From positions 4,978,837-5,042,836 of the forward strand of contig OZ199839.1 of assembly GCA_964304625.1 (NCBI GenBank): 64,000 nucleotides of DNA, written 5' to 3'. This DNA is from Kudoa neothunni. Taxonomy: Eukaryota > Animalia > Cnidaria. Positions 1 to 12,195 of the stretch are shown here, piece by piece. A program made the translations under genes and the position numbers. The stretch's first letter is position 1. Each line of letters starts with the position of its first letter. Below the pieces are notes generated by a model. That model made no database searches. It was given only the letters and a program-made list of their open reading frames with translations, and was not told the origin of the DNA.

Positions 1-1037
1 TAAAATAAGAATAATTGATAAATTAAAATGAAAGCTTATATATATTGATACAATGTCTAAAGTAAGTTTATTATTTTTAAATTAAAAAAGATATTCTCAA
101 TTAAATTTTATTTATATCATTCAGCTAGGAAAAAAAGTGGTAACTTGTAATATAAATTGATGTTAAGCTCTATTTAATTATTATTTAAAGAATAAGACAT
201 ATTATATTTTAAAATAAACTAATTTAAATAAATAGCAGAAATTTCGAAAACTAGGCCTTGCAATAAACTTCTCGGAGTTAACTTACAGCGGTTATTCAGC
301 GTACTATCTTAAATTAATAGAAACAAATAATACGTCTAAGAGATTTAAAATTTACATTAACTATTAGATTATTTATCTATCGCTCCAAAATCTTCGCTAT
401 ATTTCATCTATAACTATTTATTTTTATCAAATTATCTACAATTATTTTAAAATTTCTTTAACTAACCAAGCGAATAACATATAACCCTAAACCATATATA
501 TGTCGGGCGCTTCATCAAGGAGCCGAAATGCGATAGAAAGACAAATTAATAGCCTGACCTTAATAACATTTTACTCATCAACCTTATAAAAATTTACATA
601 CATAAAATACTTAATGTTGTATATTTTATTTAATAAAATTTTGTAAAATATAAAATAGGTATCAATTGATGATTTTTCCATTTTCTGTGATATAAATATA
701 TATCAATAAAGAAAAAGTTTTCTGTTTAATAGCGTAAGTAATGAGCACATAGAACAATATTTCCATGCAATGGCAATAAAATGGATATTTACTGTTTCTC
801 AGGCTTAAATCAATAGTGACTAGTTGGCTTGTTTTAAATTATTTTTTAATTAGCGATTAAATAACATCAGTTAATTAATCTACCGTTTTTTATTACTATT
901 GGCTATTGAAGTGAAGGTGATCCTCTTGGTTACAATTGAGTTTTGCGATGCTTAGCAACAAATAAATAAGTGTTTTTAAACACAAATACAACAGTATAGT
1001 TGTGTAGATCTATTCATTTGGCGCTAATAAGACAATA

Positions 1038-1526
1038 ATGTATTGGAATACGTGCCCACGTAACTTTACTAAATATGGAGTTTTTAAAAAAAAACAACTA
1101 GGAATAGAAAAGGCATGCTATAAGTTGCCGCCCTATCCAATATCATTTCTAATGTGTATGGCTATCGAAAGTAGTCCAAATGGTTATATGGATTACGAGG
1201 AGATAGTGAAATATTTGGGGTATTACTTCCCTTATTTCCGCAGCCAAACCACCCTTTTATTTGAGCTGAATTACATTATTTCAAAGTCTCAATTATTTCA
1301 ATGTAAATCTCATTATGTGGATTGTTATTCGCTGTGTGCGGACCGATTTCCAATGAGATGTTACGCGCCCTCCTATCGAATACAACCTCATTTGTTGTCA
1401 AGTATTCGGTCAATAATTGACCAATTTTGGGACAGAGAATGGTTTCTTTTGGAGCAATCACAAAGTGATACGATCAAAAATCTTATAATATTCACTATGA
1501 TGAAACTCAAAAAACAAATCACATAA
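1038..1526 (+). CDS. Highly divergent forkhead (winged-helix) domain protein, single exon
   Basis: LPPYPISFLMCMAIESSPNGYMDYEEIVKYLGYYFPYFR aligns with the Fox N-terminal consensus KPPYSYxxLIxMAIxxSPxxxLTLxEIYxxIxxxFPYYR; helix 3 is unrecognisable. Confidence 0.7.
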   Translation: MYWNTCPRNFTKYGVFKKKQLGIEKACYKLPPYPISFLMCMAIESSPNGYMDYEEIVKYLGYYFPYFRSQTTLLFELNYIISKSQLFQCKSHYVDCYSLCADRFPMRCYAPSYRIQPHLLSSIRSIIDQFWDREWFLLEQSQSDTIKNLIIFTMMKLKKQIT

Positions 1527-1561
1527 AACAATCCACATATTTACACATATCTAACGATATT

Positions 1562-2710
1562 TTAGTGATCGTTTTTGTTAGTTATTTGATTATAAATTTT
1601 GTTGAAAAGTTGTGACATATTTAGCGCCAGTTTAGACACCAATTCCAAATGGACAGCGGTTATACGTGAGTTATATTTGGTTTCGAATTTGTCTGGATGC
1701 CAAAAAATGCGTTGATCTTTAACAAATTTTTTGATGGATTCAGTAGATGTGGTTGAATTATGAGTGAAGAAGCTACCATACAGTGCTACCTCCCCCATTG
1801 ATTTACATAGTTCAGCGAGTTTATTATCATCCATTTCTAGAGTGATGGGGATAACATTTGATGATCTGCCAATATCATCTTGCGTCTTGCTACGCACCTC
1901 AATCGGCCATGGGAAATCATCAATCAACAGTAAATTTTCGTCACAATTATTCGTAAACGATTCGAATCGTTTGACCCACTGTTGATGCAATAACGCTAAA
2001 TCAAGTTTATTCGTAGTAATAGCAGGTTCCACTGATTTTCTATCCTCTTTGATGTTGTCATTGACGTTGTCTTTGGTTGCTGGTCTTTTTCTTCGGGTAC
2101 TTCTAGATGGTTGTTGAGGGAATGAGTATTTCGCTTTGAATTCTTTCGAAATTCGATCACACCATTGATCAAAAGTTTCATATTTTAAATTTTCTCCAGA
2201 ACCACCATCCTCGAAAGAGTTGAAATAAGAATTGTCATCATCATCACCAATTTCCTTATAGAATTCATAGTTGGGTCGGCCTGGATCGCTCTCACAGGGC
2301 CTATTATTTTCATTGTATTTCTGGGACGACTTTGATATATTCAACACTTGTTCAAGTCTATGCTTTATTTTTTCACCAATATAATTCATATGTTCCAATG
2401 TTTTATTTGTCATTAATCCATAACTAATAAGTTTTTGCATGATGAATATTTTGTCAAGATTTCTCTCCACATATTTTAACATATAATAAACAGGGAGATT
2501 TCCTTCGTTGTCCAAACAATCAAATTCAAATTTGTTGTGATACTTCAGAAGTTTGATGTTTCCATTTACACAAATAATGTGTGCTATATTTTTTCCTGTT
2601 TTGTTTTTAAATCCAGCCACTTGTTTCATAGTTATACCGAGCTTTTTCACCTCTCTTTCCAATTCTCGATATGAGCAATTATTTGATGCCATTCTGAATA
2701 TCTCTTCCAT
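1562..2710 (-). CDS. NFKBIL1: NF-kappa-B inhibitor-like protein 1 (ankyrin repeats, C-terminal WHPDKF domain)
   Basis: Ankyrin repeats GKNIAHIICVNGN and DNEGNLPVYY; family motifs ETFDQWCDRI, FPWP and QRIFWHPDKF; 382 aa in one coding exon. Confidence 0.85.
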   Translation of the reverse strand: MEEIFRMASNNCSYRELEREVKKLGITMKQVAGFKNKTGKNIAHIICVNGNIKLLKYHNKFEFDCLDNEGNLPVYYMLKYVERNLDKIFIMQKLISYGLMTNKTLEHMNYIGEKIKHRLEQVLNISKSSQKYNENNRPCESDPGRPNYEFYKEIGDDDDNSYFNSFEDGGSGENLKYETFDQWCDRISKEFKAKYSFPQQPSRSTRRKRPATKDNVNDNIKEDRKSVEPAITTNKLDLALLHQQWVKRFESFTNNCDENLLLIDDFPWPIEVRSKTQDDIGRSSNVIPITLEMDDNKLAELCKSMGEVALYGSFFTHNSTTSTESIKKFVKDQRIFWHPDKFETKYNSRITAVHLELVSKLALNMSQLFNKIYNQITNKNDH

Positions 2711-2842
2711 CTGATATATTAAAAAAACTTTTTATACACATCCTCTAATCTAGTAATTGTAGTTGTTACTTGAGTCTCCGGAGATAAAGCATGAAACGTT
2801 ATGTCTCTTGGTGCGCGTGCGCGGAAAATTTCATATCATTCT

Positions 2843-5217
2843 GATAGTGACTATTTGCACTACAAATGTGTATGCGCGAGGATTAATGGATTATCTTTTT
2901 TATTCCGGTTTTCATGCCTTAGATGCCATATTACTTAAAAAAATGTATTAATGCTATACAATATATTTTTATGTTCGTTTTCAGACATCAATTATATTTA
3001 TAGATTTCATAACATATTAGTTTCTCGTTTGTAGCATTAAAGCTTTTCTTAGAAGTTAAAAATACAATAGCAATATGAACAGATAATATAAGAGAAATTT
3101 TTTGACAACTTGCTCAACCGAAAAGACGATCTGAGTTAACTTATCGCGCGGAATAAGCATGGAGGAACACAAGCTATTCCAATGTCGTTTTTATTCTTAT
3201 TCAGAGATGAAACAGTCTCTTGAATATTTCATAAAGGTTTATAAGTGAAAGAACAATTTTAAATTCCTTATAGAAATCTGGTTATAGTTATCGTGTCCGA
3301 AGAAGCATCAAGTATTCGTCAACTGGTTGTAACGAGTTGCAATATCGTTATATAAAATATATGTCCCCATGGAAATAAAAGAAAACTACGAGAAAATATA
3401 ATTAGACCAAGCTCACAGCTAGCTAATGGCTGCGAAGATTTTATAATTATTTCTAGTACTGATACCTATTTGTACGTGTCAAAGTACAATATAATGCACA
3501 ACCATGAACGATTCAATATTCTATGTTATAAACATAACAAAAAATTACCAACGTCCATTCAAGAGAATCTTGAGAAGTATCTCAATTGGGGATGTGATAA
3601 TAAAAAAGTTAGAAATTTAAAATATAAATCACCAAAACTCTCAAACAATTTTGATGAATTATCTAATAAACATGGGATGATATTCTGTTAGATGTTTGTA
3701 AAGATGACGATGACCAGCTAAATTACATATGTTTTACCACAAAAACATTGAAAAAAATTTATCAAAAATTCCCCGAAGTTATACACATTGACCCAACATA
3801 TAAAGTCAATGACTGGCATTATCCGCTTTTGTGAAAATGATGGAAAATATAAGTGGTACTCGTGTTGCATTTATCGATAAGGATGCAACCGAGTTTAATT
3901 CCTTAAAAGAGTGCTTTCCACATACAAGAATATTGTTATGTTCCTTCCATGTTTATAAAGCAATGGAGAGAAAAATAGTCACGTTAGATGCCATGTCAAT
4001 ACTTAAAAGTAAAAAAGAAAAGTTAAAAGAATTTCCAAAAAACTTATACACGCGTTGAGTAGTGAGACGTTCTACCGTATAATCAATGAAATCACTGATA
4101 CTCATCCACCATATTTTAAATATCTGTTAAAAATTGGTTAAACATCAAGCCAATGTGGACTCATTTTCTTCGACTAGATGTTTTAACATTCGGCTCTAAT
4201 ACCAACAATGGGGTGGAACAAGAGCACGGAAAATTAAAACGATTTTTATCAATGTCATCGCTTGTTAATCAATTAAATGGCATACTAAATTATTGTAAGG
4301 CCGTCTGTAGTGATAGTTTGATAAAAAGGGAATTGACTGTGATGAAAACAAAAATCCAGAATATCGATGGAGATGCTTTACAAGTAATCAACAAATTATC
4401 AACGTTTGCCTCCAATAAAATAAAACACGAAATAATGAATCTCCAATGTTTGACTATTTGGAAACTACGTAACATATATTTTGTACATACTTTGGGTAAT
4501 TCGGCCATGGTAACGCATCTTAATGACAATACATATAAGTGTGATTGTGTATTTTATCAACAGCTATCACTTCGATGCAATCATTTATTTTCCATGTTAA
4601 AATCTAATCTTTTAACTGGAGAGTCCCTTTGTACTGGACTGGAAGGTGGTTTTACAACGACACTGACCAACTATGTGATGAAAGTGAACCTAAACATTCA
4701 AATTATGAAATTCCATTAAATCACAACGAATTATCTCCCCTAACAAGCCCCACAAAAGTTGACTCCCCAAATATTTTCCTGCACAAAGTGTCTGAAAATA
4801 ATTCAAAATCCAAATTCGACGATAACAAGCAGTTATGTGAAAAAATATTCAATCAATTAAACTCCCTTGGAGGGAACCAATATAAATCATTTTACATTGA
4901 TTTGGAGAACATTCTCAAACAGAATGAAGAAAAAACAGTATATTCGATTAACCAAACAAAAGAAAACTCATCTGAAAGGTTTGTATTCAATATTTCTTCA
5001 ACAAGAGTCAAAGGAAGACCAAAATGTATAAGAAGCTATGTTAAGTATAAAAAATGAAAAAATTTTTTTTTTCAGTTTATTGATTTCTCAAAAAAATGGT
5101 TAGTTTCAATACTAGTTTTTATTTTTTCAGTAATGTGGCGTCTAAGGTACGAAAAACGGAATAAAAAAATCCATTAATCCTCGCGCATACACACTTATAA
5201 TGCAAATAGTCACTATC
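2843..5217 (+). mobile_element. Mutator/MULE DNA transposon, full length, decayed
   Basis: About 100-bp imperfect TIRs starting GATAGTGACTATTTGCA (2843-2945 and 5121-5217); 9-bp TSD tatcattct (2834-2842) / tatcatttt (5218-5226); internal transposase fragments. Confidence 0.93.
3330..5057 (+). pseudogene. MULE transposase pseudogene (DDE domain, SWIM finger)
   Basis: Frameshifted fragments: PEVIHIDPTYKVN (first D), FIDKD...FPHTRILLCSFH (second D, CxxH), TNNGVEQEHGKLK (E), SWIM CDCVFYQQLSLRCNH, terminal KGRPK. Confidence 0.88.
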
Positions 5218-5473
5218 TATCATTTTAGTCCATCACAACTCCTCCTAATAAATTTTAAGCTACGGCTTCAAAACAAAATAAAATGGAAACTTAAACTCGA
5301 TAATAATCCAACCAATTTTGACTTAACCATACGAAACAATTCGAAACTAGGTTATCGAAATAATATTTTAGATATGTTTTAACAGAAATCGAGATTTAAG
5401 GTTTTTTTATTGCGAAAAAAAAGACCTCATAATCAAACTATAGATCTATCAAGATTCCCAATACAACTAGTTA

Positions 5474-6202
5474 TCAGTATGCCTTTTGTATCTTGTATGG
5501 AACAACATCAACGACAGGAAGTTTAGCATTCACAAACCTAGCATTTCTTGGTTGTTGGGGCTATAAATCGAAAATTGTTAAAGTCGTGGAAATAAAATTT
5601 AAATCCTAAAATACCATTCTTTTCACGTCAACTTTTTGTTTGTTTTTCAGAGCCTCAGTGCGGATTCGTTTTCTCCTATTTCTCAGTTTAATTAAATCGA
5701 CAACTGGATGAGTTACTCTAGAAAATCTTTGTTGCAGTTGGATGGTTGTACATGCTCAACTCGAACGTGGATTCTCTTTGGGATAATTCGATTCCTAGTC
5801 AATGCAACAACAATCAACAACTACACCTCCACACATGTCTATCTACTTCACTTGTTTATTGACAATTACACCCACAGCTCTTCTGGAAACATCGAAAATT
5901 TTTCCAGTGCGTCCGTGGTACACTTTGAATGGCATACCTTTGTGGAAAGTGGAATTTGCCTAAATAATGGAATAAGTTGGTCAATTCTAACACTAAACGC
6001 AGAACTGGCTGAAGAAATGTACCTTTATGTCGACATATTGACCCCGTTTAAAGATGTGCATAAATGTGGACAGCTTTTCGGTTCCTTTGTGTGAATTTTT
6101 ATCAGTCATATGCTAAAAGTTTATTCTATGTTTACCATGATGTCTGAACTTTTTGGCGAACAGCTTTCTTGTACCTCTTCTGTAACCCTTGGAGTTTGTC
6201 AT
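5474..6202 (-). CDS. RPL21: 60S ribosomal protein L21 (eL21), 6 coding exons
   Basis: Spliced translation [63 protein letters not shown]...[17 protein letters not shown]; about 50-nt GT-AG introns (e.g. 6085-6135); missing from the ORF track. Confidence 0.95.
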
Positions 6203-8035
6203 TATGCCGGATGTTTACCACGAGTAAGAGTAACGATTGATTACGATGTGCAACGACCACTATAAATGCGCTTGTGATTGGAATATTTCAACGTATATCT
6301 TTATGATGAATAAGTTAAATAAAATATATTATGATATTGATTATTATAGTATATTTCTTATTAATATGTTTTTTTACAACAACTTTCTTACTGGGTGAAT
6401 GTGAGCATCTATAGATTGGTTTACTACAGAGTTATGTTAATATGCAGAATTTGTTTCTAACAATATTTGTGATTATTTATTATTTTTAGAATGTAAAAGC
6501 TTTCAAAGCAAGTTTAGATTGCGCGATGCGTGTTGAAGCAAATTTTCCTAATTTAAACCTATTGTATGTTTACGATGCTTTTCGATTTCGTAAAAATTGA
6601 ATTCCAAATTTTTAGTAGTAGTAATTAAAAAAACGTAATTTTAAGCTGGATTACATATATCATCTTCTCAGCCATATTTATTTGATTTATAGTGTGTACA
6701 ATGGGTGACGGCTAATACGCACTTTTTCTTGTTCATGCTGAATTTATTACCTGTTAAATGCATTACTTAAGTTGAAATTTATAAACTTAACCTAATTCAA
6801 TTGAGCTTTTACGTCAGAAGAATATTTTTCCGGCAAAAGTTTAATAAAATATGGGGATTTAAACGCCCAGATGGGTAATACGCACCCTTTCCTTGAAATT
6901 GACCTTAGAATCGGACACAACTACAATTTGATTTGAATGTATGGTTGAAAAAACCTTCATGATATACTTATAATAAATGAAAAATAATATTCTTTAAAAT
7001 ATTTGGAGTTAATAGCAAAAAAATAAATGCCACATCATTCAAAATTTTGTTGTCGCATTCATATTCGTATTCATACTAAGTTTAGATAGTATTCCATCAA
7101 AGAAATTATAAATTACGGAATTAGATGAAGGCGGAGCTGCCAATATTAAAAAAGCAAATAATCAATGCATTCGACAAAAAGTCTACGAATGGATTACTTG
7201 AATGAGGTCAAATATTTTGAAGTCGTTCTTCACACGAAATCATTTTTAAACATAATAAAATTGTGAAGAAAATTATGAAAAACGCTAACGATACTAACTG
7301 TGTTTGGTTTTAAGTTTTTAAAGCACAGTTTAATCAGCGTAGATTTAACTTTTATAGTGATCCGAAAATCGTCGATGAATGTACACCTAAAAATTATTTT
7401 AAAAAAATCTAAACTCAAGATGAGGTTGAATTTGAACTAAGACAAAATTATAATTCAATTTTTGAGTAATTTTCTGTATAGAAAATATCAAAATTGGATA
7501 AAAAGATCTTTCGTTTGAACATAACAATTTTCAACTACTTAAAACATTATTCAAATGTCACTTTAAAAATATTACATATTGAAATAGTTGATGAAGGAAA
7601 GTTTAAAATACAAAAACCGTTTAAATGCCTCAAATGCATGAGGAATTTAAAAAAAAATAGTTCTATTTATTTCTAAAAGTACACTTAAACTTAGAAGAAG
7701 AATTGTTTAACATATAAATGGAATGTAAGAAACTGGTAAAATTAACAGATGTTTTCTAAAGTAAAATACAGTGCAACAGGGCCCGTACGTAATCGCCACT
7801 TTTTTACACTAAACTAAATTTGAATTTTCTAATTCTAACTTATAATAAAGAAAATGCTGTTAGTTACCGAAAAAATAAAAAAAATATCGTTCAATGTAAA
7901 AAAATAAATCAAAAACATGGCTCGTACGTACGTAATGCAGCAATCCTAAGTAATGAAAATTGTACCTGAAAGTACATTTTGCATGTTTCGTGCGTAATTG
8001 CGGAAATAAAATCTAACCGAGAAATTACAAAAGCT

Positions 8036-8462
8036 CTTCTGAGAAATATAAAATAATTCAATATTATGATTAATTACACGAGTTAAGAAGTTTTAAATAA
8101 TGACTATGGATATGTATGGCCTAAAAAATGTCAACATTGAATGGGATTCTAATTAAAGATGTAATCTTAAAATCGGGAGGTCTAGGACTTTTGAACAATT
8201 CTAGAAAAACTTTAAATAAGGTCTCAATCGTCATGTTGATAACGAAGTTTATAAATGGATATTTTAAACAGGAGTGAATGGTGGTATTATTAACACTGTT
8301 AATATCATTGTAATGGCGAGAAGATTCACTCCAAATGAAAGTAACAATAATAGCGATAATTTCAACTGTGGAAGGTTTAAAGGACTAAAATATGTTACGT
8401 TTCATTTAATCAATCTCTCAAATATTAAGGTTTATGTTGTTAAAGCAAAAATATTCGACTGA
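8036..8462 (+). pseudogene. Possible Helitron/PIF1 helicase remnant
   Basis: Scattered peptides LLRNINN..., KTLNKVSI and YVTFHLINLSNIKVYV resemble PIF1 C-terminal motifs in the right order; heavily disrupted. Confidence 0.3.
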
Positions 8463-8489
8463 GTTAAAGGCATTTTTGGTGGGCAGAGG

Positions 8490-8708
8490 CTATCGGCACG
8501 GTAAAATTTAATCCTAAATGGCATGCCCGCTTGCGCAATGAGAATTTTTAATCTCAGCAACTCAAACTTACAAGTTGGTTATAGATTTAATTTTTTAAAA
8601 TCTGCTATATTTAATTATTTCTGGCCTACCGCTCCGCTCTTATGGACCAGAAATAAGTAAATATAGTCAAAATTAGTGTCACCTGATTATTATTTACCGT
8701 GCCAATAG
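8490..8708. mobile_element. MITE-like element with internal hairpin
   Basis: TIR CTATCGGCACGGTAAA (8490-8505) matches the reverse complement of 8693-8708 at 15/16; internal 20-bp stem 8605-8624 / 8647-8666 at 19/20. Confidence 0.6.
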
Positions 8709-10471
8709 ACACTTCCTTTTTGGTGTCGGAGAGTTGGTTCGTACACATTATAGACGATTCATGATGACAATAAAAATTTGATTTTTTTAAGTATTTATAA
8801 ATTGGATATCATGAATTTGTAGTGAGATATTTAGAGTCGAACAAATGAGAAACAATAAAAATAAATTTTATTGCAAAAGAATAATTGTTATCATTTATTT
8901 GTATTTTTCGCAATTTCATAATTATTCCTTCGTTTGTTTCATAGTTCCCTTAGAATTTTTTTAGATCACGAATAGAATATCGATTCGCCCAATACAAAAA
9001 TAGACGCAATAATGTCAAAATTTATTTTATTTCAGTTAAGTATGCATAAAGCAATGATTAAAGTAGAATAAAAATTTCAGAAAAAATACAAATGCACATG
9101 CGCATATGGATTCGTACGCAGGGCGTCCATTGCTTTTTTTTTCATTTTTCCTCAAAATCTTGGGTTTTTTGTAATTATTGAATTTAAATAAATTAGCATA
9201 ATTTTTCATCCAAAAGCGGTCGGATACATGTGTAATCTGTATCTTTTTTGAATAAACACTGAATTATTTCGTTTCTTTCTCAGTTATTAGCTTAAACATT
9301 ATTTATTATTACTATTTAGATTTTTTACTATTGATATATAACAATTTTATATAAACTAACTTTAAAAATAAACTTTGTGCAAATTTCACAAAAACATCTC
9401 ATTTTTTTACTATAAAAAAATACATTATGAATTTTCAAATATAAGTATTAATGTAGAAAGATTTGTTTTAGTTTATGATTTTTTTAAATTAATTTTGGTT
9501 CTAGAAATTAAGAAATTATTCAGTTTTTATTATTAAAATTCGAAAACTTACTTTTTAAAAACAATAATATTAATTTGTTTACCTTGACGTATGTGTAAAA
9601 CACCGAAAAAAAATAAAAACTATGTTTTAATTGCTTAATAAGTTTTTTATGTGTCAAAAGTACCTAACAACAAAATCGGCCAAATATGCAAATTGAGAAT
9701 ATTTTTAGATGTTAACACAACATGCTAATATGTGTTTTTTTTCAATACATGCATAATTCACTAAAACTAATAATTTAATAGAAAAACTGTTTTTTTTTAT
9801 TTTTATTATAACATTTTTACGTTTATCGAATGTTATATTAAACACAGACGTAAGAATTCCTCTAATAAAGTAATAACTTCATATAATAAACCTTGAATTA
9901 ATTATCTATTAAAATTAAATGTCTATCTAAAATAAAGTATTGATTTATTATTAAACAAACTCATCAGTTCGAAGAAAATTAAGAACATGCATTTTGATAG
10001 CACGTGGTTACCTTTTCGTTTTTAAACTATTCACACTTAAACTTGTATAATTGAATTTGATATTGTAACATTTGTGTTTATATGATACCAAATATGAAAT
10101 ATAACCAATCTATGAATGGTTATCGGAACAAATTAGAGATTACTTCAATGTTTGTTGAAAAAGATACAGATCACACGCGTATCCGACCGCTTCCGGACGA
10201 AAAATTCTTAAAATTTAAAAAAAAGAAATATGTAAAAACGTGTGTAAGACGGCGTTTTTCAGGTGCTGCGTACTTGACCATTACCCGTTACAGAAATAAT
10301 AAAAGGGGTAATAAATACGTACGGGCCGAATGGCACCACGTTTGATTTGTTTAACATAGCGCTGCCGCATTGTCACCCGCTAGCCACTTCTGAACGTTAT
10401 TTCGAATAGTAGCTTCAAATATTAAGAGATTAATTATAAATATATTTGCCTATATTATATATTAAGCATGA

Positions 10472-12195
10472 GTGATAATACAAATCAATGCAAAAAAAGA
10501 ACATACATGGTATGCTATGAGCTTTAATAATGATTGGTTAAAAGAGGAAGAGTTTAAAAATTGGCTTGCCCAAGATACCAAAGACAGTAACTCTAGCTAC
10601 TGTAAATGCTGTAAAATGGTCTTTAAAAATGCGAACAAATCAATGCTTTTCAAACATAAAAATCCCGCAAAACATTTAAAAATTATGAGATAGCGAAACA
10701 GACTGTTGATATAACCCATTTCGTAAAATATAATAAGATGTCAACAATCGCAGATCCAGCTACCAAAAGTGAACTAGCAATTGCTGCTTATTTCACGGAA
10801 CACAATATCCCATCCAATTGTATTGATCATTTCCTTCCCATGTGCAAAATTGCATCCCCGACAGTAAAATTGTGGAAACGTTGTCAATGAAAAAAAACCA
10901 AACTTTCATGCATTGTTCAGGATGGTTTAGCTTTTGAAGAAGATACTTTTATTTCAAATATCTGTAGATCTCAGAAGTTTTCATTAATAATTGAAGAAGA
11001 TGGCAAAACACTCGGTCTTTACAACTCTATCAAGAAGCTGTTCGCAGACAAGAATATTCCCATTGAAAACGTCATAGGATTTGGAAGCGATAACTGTACT
11101 TCAATGATGGGATCTAAAAATGGATTTCAGAAATTATTAAAAGATGATATACCGTCAGTTTTCATTATGGGATATGTCTGCCATTCAATCGCCTTGTGTG
11201 CGAGTAATGCAGTGAAATATCTTCCACCATATTTAGAAACATTTCTGAAGAACATAAGTTCTTATTTCTCACGGAGCAGTAAGAGACAAAGAGACTTTTC
11301 TCTAATTCAGGAGACTGTCGATACTTCATGTCATAAAATGCCAATATTATTGCAAACGAGGTGGCTGTCGCGAGAGAATGTCATTTCATCTGTGTTAGAC
11401 CAGTATAGCGCCCTACTGTTATATTCTCAAGGCGAAGAAAAAATCAACAAAACCAATCTTACTCTTTCTTCAATATCTTCTGAAAAAGATCAATAAATTA
11501 AATTGTGAATTTCAGTCAGAATTTCAGGTTACATGTTTTGTATACCATGATGTTGTCGGAATATAAGAATCTTTCGAGCTTTTTTATCAACGATGTGGTG
11601 CTACATTCAATGAAATTATCCGAAATTGACCCCTTAAATGTTCATTATTACAAACCAGTTACAGAAATGTACCTTGATGGGAATGTGACAGCATACCTAA
11701 TCAATAACCCTTTAGATTCTGTAATGGAGATAGGATTTAAACGAGCTTGATGATCAGTGGCGAAGTTATCGTCTGGTTGCTGACAAACTGCCAATTCCTT
11801 TGGACATTATCCCCCGATATTGGTCTAAGTTAAATGAAATAAAGGATGGCTTTAACATTTCAAAATTCGGCATTTTAGCTGATTTTATGGTGAACTTATC
11901 CATTATGCCACATTCCTCTGCTAACGTCGAAAGAATTTTTTCTTTGATGAACGCAATTAAAACCAAGCAAACCAACTCTCTAAAGGCTGATACCGTCAAG
12001 TGAAAATTACTTGCAAAACAACTCATCAAAAGAAACGGCAATACCTGTGTAACGTGGAAATCAAGTAATGATTTGATAAATGATATCACCAGTGGCGCTG
12101 TTTACCGACGTTATCATGAACGACACAGAAAACACAAAAAAGCCAAAAATTTAATTGTCGATGATGATAAACACAGCTGTAGATACGGGTGATGA
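10472..12195 (+). pseudogene. hAT transposase pseudogene (N-terminal zinc finger, DDE, dimerisation domain)
   Basis: FNNDWLK...WL...YCKCC...H finger; GFGSDNCTSMMG; CHSIAL; TRWLSR; PHSSANVERIFSLMNAIKTK; multiple frameshifts and stops; right TIR not found. Confidence 0.9.

Larger units (their letters stand above)
7769..10338. mobile_element. Decayed long-inverted-repeat (foldback-like) DNA element with nested insertions
   Basis: Perfect 12-bp inverted pair GGCCCGTACGTA (7780-7791 / 10316-10327); about 65-bp imperfect inverted pair 9200-9265 / 10141-10206 with core AGCGGTCGGATAC. Confidence 0.5.

Noticed and set aside
5708-6094. 128-aa plus-strand ORF
   Set aside because: Antisense shadow of RPL21; the same applies to 1764-1985, 32386-32757, 35311-35700, 39486-40401 and 41321-42198
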